From IMG/VR virus record IMGVR_UViG_3300045988_160359, positions 1 to 53,569 of that record: DNA of 53,569 bases. The stretch is one strand, 5' to 3'. Source of the stretch: a virus. Positions 39,769 through 51,103 of this stretch are shown piece by piece; the first letter of the stretch is position 1, and each line of letters begins with the position of its first letter. A model generated the notes under the pieces. The model had not been told where the DNA came from. It saw nothing but the letters and a program-made list of their open reading frames with translations, and ran no database searches. Made by a program: the position numbers and the translations under genes.

Positions 39769-40848
39769 ATGAAATTCGGTGTCCGCGAAATTTGTGATGT
39801 TGTATTAAAGGCTAAGTCAGCACAGAAAATTGGTAATAAGATATTCTATGCTGGTGAACCTGTTATTTATTTTGACACCCTAAAAACTTCTAGTTTAGAA
39901 GGTGCTGCTACCACTGTATATGCACAAGGTGGTCGTGGTAACTCTCGTTTGGTAGCATGGGAAGGTGAAAGAACTTTAACCTTCACTATGGAGGATGCTT
40001 TAATTTCTCCTGAAGGATTTATGATTCTTTCCGGTGCTGGCTTAATTGCTGCTAATGCAGATAAGCCAATTTATCAGCATGTGACTGAAACTGTTGATGC
40101 TAGCGATTCTTTACGTTTTAAGTTTGATGCTGCTGGATTTAAGTTCGCTGTTTATACTGAAAATAAGCCTTATCTACCTGCTAATGCTGGTGATAACTTC
40201 GCTTATGTAATGTTTATGAAGAATGGTGAAATTACTACTGAGCCTTATATTCCTGTTCATGAGGGTGATGATACAACTATTGATAATGAGGCTATGCCTG
40301 AGACTGTAACTGATGTAGATGGTAAAACTTATTATCGTGTAGCTGTTATGGATCATAAAATGTATGTTGGTTTGGCTTCTTACGAGGATGAGCAAAATGG
40401 TGGTCATAAGTATACTCCAGAAAGTGGAGATAATACTGCTTATGATGTAGTTACTCTACCAAATCGTCTAAAGTTCGATTCTGTGTTAGTTGATTATTAC
40501 ACTGAGCGTAAGTCTGGTGCTACTCAAATGGAAATTACTGCTGATAAGTTTGGTGGTAACTATTATCTTGAGGCTTCTACTCTATTCCGTGATACTAATG
40601 GTGTAGACATGCCTGCTGAGTTCATTATTCCTAACTGCAAGATTCAGTCTAACTTCACCTTCACTATGGCTTCTTCTGGTGACCCAAGTACATTTACTTT
40701 CACCTTAGACGCATTCCCTGATTATACTCGTTTCGATCATAGTAAGAAGGTTCTGGCTGCAATTCAAGTAATTGAGTATCTGGATAATGAGGATTTACAT
40801 CGTCATAGTACAGTTCACCAGAAATCTCACGATAGTTATAATTGGTAA
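39769..40848 (+). CDS. Putative major tail protein (359 aa), TAG-free
   Basis: RBS AAGGAGG, a strong terminator downstream, and a position upstream of the chaperones and tape measure. Confidence 0.5.
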   Translation: MKFGVREICDVVLKAKSAQKIGNKIFYAGEPVIYFDTLKTSSLEGAATTVYAQGGRGNSRLVAWEGERTLTFTMEDALISPEGFMILSGAGLIAANADKPIYQHVTETVDASDSLRFKFDAAGFKFAVYTENKPYLPANAGDNFAYVMFMKNGEITTEPYIPVHEGDDTTIDNEAMPETVTDVDGKTYYRVAVMDHKMYVGLASYEDEQNGGHKYTPESGDNTAYDVVTLPNRLKFDSVLVDYYTERKSGATQMEITADKFGGNYYLEASTLFRDTNGVDMPAEFIIPNCKIQSNFTFTMASSGDPSTFTFTLDAFPDYTRFDHSKKVLAAIQVIEYLDNEDLHRHSTVHQKSHDSYNW

Positions 40849-40867
40849 TTTAATTAAAAATTTTATG

Positions 40868-40900
40868 GGGAGAGGATTTATTCCTCTTCCCATTTTTTTA
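40868..40900 (+). terminator. Rho-independent terminator
   Basis: ggggagaggatttattcctcttcccc followed by attttttta. Confidence 0.6.
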
Positions 40901-40922
40901 TTTTGTAAGGGAAGAAAGAAAA

Positions 40923-41987
40923 ATGGATAAAATTAATAATTCATCTTATGATTTAACACAAGCAATTTAGGCAGAATTTAAACGAATTGCTCCCTCATTA
41001 GTTTCTGAAGTATCAAATAGTTATATTAATGAATACAAACAAATTAATTCTGAATTAATAGAAGATACATATAGAGATGTTATAGAAAAAGCAATTGTTT
41101 TTCGTGAGGTATGTCGTTTTACTTTAATGCAACGCACTAGTAAGAAAAGTCTTACAATTCGTAAGATTGATCAATATGAAGAAATTACTTATACTGCTTT
41201 ACTTAATTTTCAGAATGCTTTTAATACTCTTAAAAATTAGACAATAAAAATGATATTTGTTTATAAAGGTGAAAATGGGGAGTGGACATTAGGAGAAGGG
41301 GAAAATGATTTATCTCATACCGCTAAAAATCAATGGGGACATTTATGGTATTCATTAAAAGGTATCGAACATACTCTTCAAAAAATTGATAATGGATTTG
41401 ATGCTCGCAAAAATTTAGATGCTACAATGAATGAAGTCCAAAAGAGATGGGATATTTCTAAAAAGAAACACAATGATAAACAAAGAAATTTACCAATATT
41501 ATGGAAAAATGGACAAGGTAAATGGGATGGATATTTTATAAATAATCAAGGAACAATAAAAGAAGCTTATGCAAAATTTTATTTACATAAAATTGCAGTA
41601 GATAATGGAGTTGCTACAGAAGAGTCTGTGAAGTATTTTATTACTGATGAAAAATATGGTGCATGTTCAGTAGACAATACCCCAGGATTTGCAATAGGAG
41701 ATACAAATATTGGTAATATTCATTATGCTATTAAATCAGAAAGTGCTAGTCTATTAGGATATGCAACTTTATATAAACAAGCTAAACAATTATGTGATGA
41801 TTTAATTAGTGCAAAAACTATGACAACAAAAGAATTAGAAAATGCTTTTAATGTTTTTGTTAATGGGAAGAATACTCCTGTAAAACAAGCTGTAAGAATA
41901 GCCGGAGAAGAGTTAGTTATGGCTAATGGTGATTATAAAAAAATTGCTATTCCAACCAAAAATAAAAATAAGAAAAAATCTAAATAA
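40923..41987 (+). CDS. Tail assembly region protein (~354 aa, 2 in-frame TAG)
   Basis: 40923.. and track ORF 41250..41987 share one frame. Confidence 0.45.
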
Positions 41988-42053
41988 TAAAAAAATTGAC
42001 AATAAACTAAATTTTTAGTATAATATAAATAAGTGTAAAAGGAGGATTTTGAA

Positions 42054-42578
42054 ATGGCAAGAGTAACATTTTCAAAGTTAAATTTAAGTAAAAATATAGA
42101 AGTATCAACCTTTGAATGGGGAGATTAGATTATTGAAGTCAAAGATTATCTTCCTATTGGAGATAAGTTAAATCTTATTTCAGAAATTATTAATGATTCT
42201 ATTGATAAAAATGGTTATTATAATCCTGCTCGTGTATATCTTCATACTATTTTAAAAATGATTATGGCATATACAAATGTAAGTTTTACTGACAAGCAAA
42301 AAGAAGACCCAAAGAAATTATATGATTTAGTAGTAGGTTCTGGTTTTTCTGCTAAAGTATTTGGAGAAATTAATCCAGGAGAATATGCACAAATTAAAAG
42401 TTGGGTTGCGGAAACTATTCATTCAATTTATGAGTATAAAAATTCTGCGGCTGGTATTTTAGATATTATTTCTACGGATTATAAAGATACAACATTTGAT
42501 ATGGAACAATTAACTAATGACATTCAGAATCCTGAAACATTAGGATTGCTAAAAGATGTTTTGACCAAGTTGGGATAA
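42054..42578 (+). CDS. Tail assembly region protein (~174 aa, 1 in-frame TAG)
   Basis: RBS AAAGGAGG. Track ORF 42258..42578 is in the same frame. Confidence 0.45.
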
Positions 42579-42626
42579 TTAAACTATTTAATTTTTTAAA
42601 ATTAAATAGGAATAATCAAGTGTATG

Positions 42627-42663
42627 GGTGTGAGAAGATTATTTCTCACACCCATTTTTTTTG
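42627..42663 (+). terminator. Rho-independent terminator
   Basis: gggtgtgagaagattatttctcacaccc followed by atttttttt. Confidence 0.6.
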
Positions 42664-42693
42664 TTTATATTATGAGAGAAAGGAGTCCCGTTT

Positions 42694-45600
42694 ATGGCAA
42701 AACAACTAAATGTCGCATTAGATTTTACTGCAAATACTACTCAAGCGAAATAGCAGATTTAGGAATTGCAGTAGTTATTAACTAAAGTAGCATATAGTAC
42801 TGACTTAGGTATTAATCCCAGTCAAATGAAAGAAGCTTCTGCTGCGGCTAAAGAATTAGCTATTCATTTAAATGAAGCGTATAATTAGAAAACTGGTAAT
42901 TATGATTTAAGTAAATTAAATGCTAGTTTAGCTAAATCAAAAACTAATGTGACTGAATTATCTACCAGCTTACTCCAAGCGGGAACAACTGGACAACAAG
43001 CATTTATAAAATTAGCTCAATCAATAGCGGCGGCTGATTAGCCAATGATTACATTAAATGCTCGTTTATAGGATTTTTTGACTACTGTTAAGAATACAGT
43101 TAAATGGCAAATTTCTTCAAGTATGATTCATGGGGTAATGGGAGCTTTGCAAGGAGCTTATCGTTATGCTTAGAATTTAAACAGTTCATTAAATGATATT
43201 CGAATTGTTACTGGTCATAATATTGACTATATGGATAAATTTGCTGATAAAGCAAATAAAGCAGCAAAGGCATTAAGCACTTCTACATTAAATTATACTG
43301 ACGCTTCTTTGATTTACTATCAACAGGGTTTGTCAGACAAAGAAGTAGAAGATAGAACTGCTGTTACTATTAAAATGGCTAATGCTGCTGGTGAAAGCGC
43401 AGATAAAATATCAGATCAATTAACTGCTGTTTGGAATAACTTCTATGATGGGTCACAATCATTAGAATATTATGCCGATGTTATGACTGCATTAGGTGCA
43501 GCGACAGCTTCCAGCACAGATGAAATTGCGGCTGGATTAGAAAAATTTGCGGCCGTGTCTAACACAGTAGGCTTAAGTTATGAGTATGCTACTTCTGCTT
43601 TAGCAACTGTAACAGCAACAACTCGTCAATCTGCTGATGTAGTTGGTACTGCATTTAAAACATTATTTGCTCGTATTCAAGATTTAGAATTAGGGAAAAC
43701 TCTTGAAGATGGTACTACATTAGGAAAATATTCTCAAGCTCTTGATACTGTTGGCATTTCTATTAAAACAACAGATGGCGGATTGCGAGAAATGGATGAT
43801 ATCCTTAGTGATTTAGGTGAAAAATGGAATTCATTTGATGTTGAAGGTAATCCATTAATTTCTAAAGATGCTAAAGTAGCATTAGCTCAAACTGTTGCTG
43901 GTGTTCGTCAATATACGCAATTAATGGCATTAATGGATAATTGGGATTTTATGAAAGAAAATCTCGAAACTGCTCGTAATGCTACTGGTACATTAACTGA
44001 ACAATAGAAAATTTATGAAGAATCTTGGTAGGCTGCTAATAAACGTTTAAAAGCTTCTTTTGAATCTTTATATACTGATTTAATTGATGATAAATTTTTT
44101 ATTAAATTTACAGATTTTTTATCTGATATGGTTGATGGTGTTGATTCTTTTATTGATAAAATTGGTGGAATTAAACCTTTATTATTAGGATTTTTATCAT
44201 TAATTGGTTAGACATTAAGTTCTAAAATTTAGCCGGCTTTAGATAATGCAATAAATAATATTCAAATTTTAGTAGGTGGAGCAGATAAAGTTTATGCTAA
44301 AATATCTAAAGAAACTTCTGATAATATTAAACTATAGTTAGAAGCAAGAACTAATTTTACTCCAGCTCAAGAATAGGAATTAAAAAATTCTTAGGAATTA
44401 TTAGGAGTAAAAAATAAATTAGCAACAGTGTCTGAAAATTTATCTGTTAGTGAAAAAAGATATTATGAAAATGAAATTCAATTTATTGAAAAACAATAGT
44501 AGGAAACAGTAAAATTAATTAAATTACGAGAACAATTAAATAAAGATACTAATCCTATTGATTTAAATGCTCCTAATCAAATTTATGATTATGGTACTAG
44601 TTATTTACAGAAGTTAAAAGCTAATAAAGATAAAGTTTAGTAGTTATATCGTAATAATCCATCTGAAAGTAATTAGGCAGATTTAGTCGCTGCTAGAAAT
44701 GATTTAGCTTTTTTTTAGAATGATAAATTAGATATTCAGGAACAGGCGGCATCTCAGTTAGCACAAACAGTTGAAAAATTAACAAATGCTTATAAAACTT
44801 TTATTGAAGTTGGACATGAAACAAATGAAACTTTACTATCAGGAAATGATTTATACTCTTTAACAATTGAAGGACTTAAAAAATTAGGAACTTAGTATAC
44901 TAAATTAAATGGTGAAATTGATTTTGAAACGGTTCGAACTTCTATTGATATGCTTATTGGTCCAGTAGATGAAGTCACAAAATCTTCAAAAGATTTTCAA
45001 AATGCTTTAGAAGCTATTGAAAGTGCATTAGATGGAGGAAAGCCGAAAGAAGTAAGTTAGGCTTTTAAGCAGTTAGCAGAAGTTCTAAAAAATACTACTA
45101 TTGAAGGAAAAAATGCGGCTAATGCTTTAGAACAAATGGGTCGTTCAACAAGCAAATCAATGAAATAGGCTAAAGGTGATATTTAGGCGCATGGTAAAGC
45201 ATTAAAATAGTGGGGATAGGCTACTAAAGAAGCAAAAGAGGCACAAGAAGGACTTAATCAAGCAGTTATTAATTTTAAACCAGTTCATAAAATACCTTTC
45301 ACTTAGAGCGTAATATCATTGGCTTCTGCTTGTGGTTCTGCTGCGATGACATTGCAATCATTTAATTCTATGATGCAAACATTATCTGATCCTGATATTT
45401 CTGGATGGGAAAAATTTACATCTGTTTTATTTAGTATTTCTATGATTGTCCCTGGGGTGTCTAGTGTTTTACGAGGATTAAGTACTACTAATGCCTTTTT
45501 ACAACAATAGTCTTAGAAACAATTTCTTACACTTTCTTTAGAAAATGTAGCGATAGAGGCTAATACAATAATATTAACTTAGAATCAAAAAAAGAAAATA

Positions 45601-48600
45601 GATAATATATTAGCTAGTAAAAAATTAAATGATGCTTTTAAAAAGAATGCTATACAAGCAGTTTTAGCTGCAGGAGGAGTGGTTACTGAAACTACAGCGT
45701 TGCAAGCTGAAGCTATTGTAGCAGGAAAGGCGACGGTAACAACTAATGCTTTTTCTACAGCTTTAAAAGGTTTATGGTTAAATATTGCTCCAGTTTTAGC
45801 CACTATTTGGCCTTTAATTGTAGCTTTAGGAGCTTTAGTAGCGGCTTGGACGATATATAACAATGCTACTGGGGCAGCAGCTGAAAACGCGGAATAGAAT
45901 AATAAAAATTTAGAAGAAACTAAAACTGCTTTAGATGATGTAAATAGTAGATTAAATACATTAAATAGTACTTTATCTGGGCTAAATGATAAACGTAAAA
46001 ATATTGACAATCTCACTTATGGAACTATAGAATGGCGAGATGCTGTTAATGAGTTAAATGATGAAGTTGATGACTTAATTGAAAAATATGGTTTAATAAA
46101 AGGATAGGACTGGGATATTGATGCTCAAGGGCGTAAGTATATTACAGACACTGGCGCGGAGACTATGCGTACTTCAATGGATGAAGAACGTTCTAATTTA
46201 TTATCAGCAAAAGCTGCTCAATAGAAATTTAAAGATAAATATGAATACGATTAGAGAAAAAGAGAAATTATTTCTGATTATACTAAACGCGGATAGACCC
46301 ATTATGATAATGATGTAGAATAGATTACTTCTAAAGATCTAGACACTATTATTAATGCTAAATTACGTAATCCAAACTTAGAAATTGATTCTGATGCATT
46401 AAAAGATTTAGGCTTAGATTAGAGTGTTATTGATTTAATTGATAATAATACTGAATTACAAGATGCTATTAAAGAATTGACTATATAGGCACAACGAATT
46501 GCTGACACAGAAACTAATGATATGTATAATAAAATGGTTTCTGAAGGGATTTTAGAAGATTTAAAAGAGGCAGGAGTCAGTGATGAATATGCCTCTGATA
46601 TTGCTTATAAAATGGCTGAAGATGCAGCCCGTAATTCTAATGCTATAGATTATACTGACTAGTCTGCTACCGCTTTTAATGTTTTAAATAATTCAAATGA
46701 AAATATTCAAGAGTTTTTAAAAGAAAGAGGATATACTTATAAAGACAATAATTTTTGGGGTAATCTATCTAAATTATAGAATGATAAAACTATTGAAGTA
46801 TATACAGATGAAGATTAGAAAGAGACTAAAAATATTTCTGTTTCAGAATTACGAGCTTGGTTGGAAAATAAATTAGCAGCTGAAGATACTGTGGCTAATA
46901 TTGATGATTATGTAGGAATAGAAGCCGATAGTAAAACAACTTGGGAAAACGCTTTTAAAGCAAAAGAAACTTGGAATAAAAATCAATCAACTGTAAATGA
47001 ATTTGAACAAATAAATCAACAGGGGACTCCAAACGAAGATTCTTTTGATAATACAGAAGATTATCAAGCGGCTTATAATAATTATCAAGATTAGTTAAAA
47101 GAAAAAGCTCAAGCTATGTCAGATATGTTAAAATAGAATTCTGAAGAGTATGCTTCTATGTTTAATATAACTAAAGAAGGTTTCGAAGAATGGATTAGTG
47201 ATAGTGACAATATTATTGAACATTATGATTTAATTAAGAAAGCAGTTGAAGGAGACGCTGAAGCTGTAAATGAATTACGAAAATTAACTGGTCTTAATAT
47301 TGGTACTATTAAAGATATTTAGGATGCTTGGAATGATAACAGCAAAGAACTAGATAAATATATTGAAAAATTAGAAAAAAATCAAGATTTAACAGAAGCT
47401 GAATATGAATCTTTTGGAGATTTTTTAAATGCTAATTCTGATAGTTTTGCTTCTTTAGCAGCAGTGAGTGAAGATACATTTGATAAAATGTTATCTCATA
47501 ATAAAGATTTTATTAAAAAATCTGGTCCATTGATTCCTAAAATGATGAAAGGCGATACTAAAGCTGTTCAACAATTTAGAGTAGAAGCATAGCGTCAAAT
47601 TGTTTTAGATGTTAATAACACTAAAGCCCGTTCAGCAATGGCTCAATTAGAGGACTCTGCTGATGCTGCGGCTGGAACAGTTGAATCAGATGTTCAAAAT
47701 GCTTTTGATTATATTTCTAATTATATAGAAAACAATCCGATTGAAGTCGGAGCAGAAGTCAATGATGCTGGATTTATTGATGCTTGTAATAAAATAATTG
47801 CCGCTAGTGGATGGACATCTGAACAAGCACAAAAAGAATTTGCTAAAATGGGATTTAATTTAGAATTAAATCCAGTCACTCCTTAGGTTACTAAAAAACA
47901 TTATGAAGTATTAGAAGCTTCAGATGTCCCTGATGCTGTTGATTCAAACCATCATAAAAAAGGTGACCCTGAGGTAGTGTCTTATGAAGCTACCGATACT
48001 ATTGAATACCCCGCAGCAGTTAAGGCTGTAACTGGTGGCGGCTTAGAAATGGGCGGTGAAGTCACTGGAGGCACAAAACCTTCTGGAGCCACTGGAGGAA
48101 ATGGTAGCGGTGGTAGTAGTGGAGGTGGCGGTGGAAGCTCATATACTCCTCCTCCTCCAAAAGAATATAAAGATGAAATTGAGCGTTATCATGTAATTAA
48201 ACAAAAAATTGAAGATTTAGAAGAAGTAATGGAACATTTAGCAAAAGCTAAAGAGCGGGCATTTGGCACTTCTAAATTAGAATTAATGGATCAAGAAATT
48301 GAGAAATATGATGAAATGATTGATTTATAGAATCAATATCTTGATGAAATTAATAAATATTGGGATGAAGATAGAGCTTTAATTGCATCTTATGGCGCTG
48401 AATTTGATGAAACTGGTGCTATTACTAATTATGATGAAATTATGAAGCGCCAGATTGATAAATATAATTCATCTATTGGTAGAAATGAAGAGGCTGATGA
48501 TGCGGCTGAAGATGCTTATGATGATTTTATTAAAGCTTTAGAATAGTATGAAGAAACTAATAATTTACGCCAAGACGAATTGGAAAAATTATATGATTTA

Positions 48601-50991
48601 CAAACTGAATTAGCTGATGTAATTTTTGAAAAGACTTAGTATAAAATTGAAATTAAGATTGCTGTTAAAGATGATGAATTAGAATACCTTGATTATTTAT
48701 TAAGTAAAATTGAAGATGATGCTTATTCGGCGGCTGAGGCTATAGCTTTAATTGGTGATAAAACTTAGAATACTCTTGATAAAATTACTACTTATCAAAA
48801 AGGATTAATAGAGTTATTAAATAATCATGGTATTGATTCAATAGAAGAATTAGAGGGAATGTCTGAAGCTGATTTAAAAGCTAAAGGATTTACTGCTAAA
48901 GAAATTGAGCAATTAAGAGACTGGCGTTCAGAATTATTATCTAGTAATCAAGAATTACTTGAAATGCGTAATACAATTCAAGAAAAAGTATTAGATAGTT
49001 TCAATCAATTTAGTGAAGATATCGAGCATCAAATTGAATTATTTGATCATTATCAAAATATTTTAGAAGGTGTTAAAGATATTACATCATTATTAGGAAT
49101 GTAGTTGGGAGAACAGTCTAAAATAGTAATTCGCAATTTAAATCGTTCATTAATGAATAATAGTATTAATAACTTAGCTGGAACTAAAAAAGAATTAGAA
49201 GCATTGAAATAGATGCGCGCAGACGCTTAGGCTGAGCGTGATAAAGTGGCAGCTAACGGAGATGAACAAGCTATTAAGAAATGGGATAAAACCTTACAAG
49301 AAATTGATGATAAAATTAATGGCGCAGAAGAAAGCTTTTTAGATAGTTGGCAAGAAGCATTATAGAGAGCAAAAGACATCTTTAATGAAGAAATGGATAA
49401 TATTATTCAAGAATTTGAAAAAGGAATTGCTCCTATTCAAGGCACCATTGATGCATTACAAGAAGCCATTGACCAAGCTAATGAAATTGATGCACAATAT
49501 TTAAGTGATACTGATAAAACTTATGAATTAAATAAATTAAGACGTTAGATTGAAGGTTCTATAGAAGATACTGATATTATCGCCCATAAACAAGCATTGA
49601 ATAAATTGCAAGATGAGTTAAATAAAAAATTAAAAGATGGTTCTTAGATTAGTGAATATGATTTGAAAATTTTACAATCTAAATATGAATTAGAATTAGC
49701 ACGTCAAAAATTAGAAGATACTCAAAATAATAGTGAAGTTGTACGCTTGACTCGTGATAATAATGGTAATTGGGGATATGTATATAGTGCCGATGAAGAT
49801 AAAATTGCTGAAGCCGAATAGGCTTATGAAGATAAATTAAATGCTTACCAAAAAGCAAATGAAGAATATTTAAAAACTCTTGAAAGCAATATTCTCCAAG
49901 TGTAGGCGGACTATAAAGAAAAACTTAAAGAAATAGAGTTAGGATTGGCTGACGGAGAAATAACAAAAGAAGAGGCTGAAGCTAGAATTGCTAATTTGAA
50001 CGATTGGTATTTAAATAAGATGCAATATCTTGAAGGCGAATATAAAAAGTTATTTGAAAATAGTCAAGACGCAACAGAAAAATTCACTTCATATTATTAG
50101 ACTAATACTGATAATATTAAAAATACATTTGAGAAAACTACTTTAGCTATTAAAGGTGGATATGAATCATTAGACGCAATGTTCAAACGATTCTGGGAAA
50201 GTCATGACAATGTATTAGATAATTCAATGAAACTATTAGATGATCTTAGTAAAAAATAGGATGAAATAAATCAAACTGCTGGTATTGAAGGTAGTTTTGC
50301 TAATGAGGCCTCTGGTTGGTCTATTAAGATTACTGGTGATTCTGATAAGGCATTAGCTGATATGGATGGGATAGTTAAGAACGCTACCGATTCCTTCAAA
50401 GACGTTATTGAAGCAGCAGGTAAATGGGAAAAAATTTATAGTGAAAAAATTAATAGTGCCATTGATCGGAATGAAGCTCTCGTGGTTAGTCTTAATAAAA
50501 TGGTTGCATTATTATCTGGAATAGATAGCATCGATTATAGTAAGTATGGAAAGAAAATAGATTCTCGCGCTACCGCGACAGATAATAATATAATTAGCAC
50601 TCAACATAATTCTAAAAGCTTTAACAGTACTGATTATATTGCAGAACAATCTTTCCCCTTAACTTATGATATATTTGATAGATTAGATATGAGTAAATAG
50701 ATAGATGAATGGATGTAGAGTAATGAATTAACAATTGATACTGCATTAATTGATAGCTTAGATGTATCAAGTATTTTACAAAGTATAGGATTAAATGTTT
50801 AGACTATTGTAAATTATTTATCTAATTTAACTCCTTCTTCTCTTGGTATTGATAGAATTGCACAAGAATTGATGCAGCAAGTCTCTATTAATGCTGATTT
50901 CCCGAATGTGACTGATAGTAATGAAATTATGGAAGCATTTGAAATGATGGAGAATGAAGCAAGTCAATACGCTAGTCGAAAGACTATTTAA
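42694..50991 (+). CDS. Tail tape measure protein, ~2,765 codons, containing many tens of in-frame TAG codons
   Basis: Nine track ORFs all lie in one frame: 43231, 45319, 45679, 46861, 47638, 47977, 48859, 50362 and more. It has a TP901-type TMP core (AGLEKFAAVSNTVGLSYEYATSALA), hydrophobic TM stretches and a G/S-rich linker. Only TAG interrupts the frame. Confidence 0.8.
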
Positions 50992-50994
50992 TTT

Positions 50995-51035
50995 AAATGG
51001 CGAGGTTTAATTACCTCGCCATTTTTTTATTGGTC
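50995..51035 (+). terminator. Rho-independent terminator after the tape measure gene
   Basis: ggcgaggtttaattacctcgcc followed by atttttttat. Confidence 0.6.
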
Positions 51036-51103
51036 AAATATAAATAATAAAATAAGATTTTTTCTTAAAAATTATTAGAATATGAGAAAAAGGAGAGCAA
51101 ATT

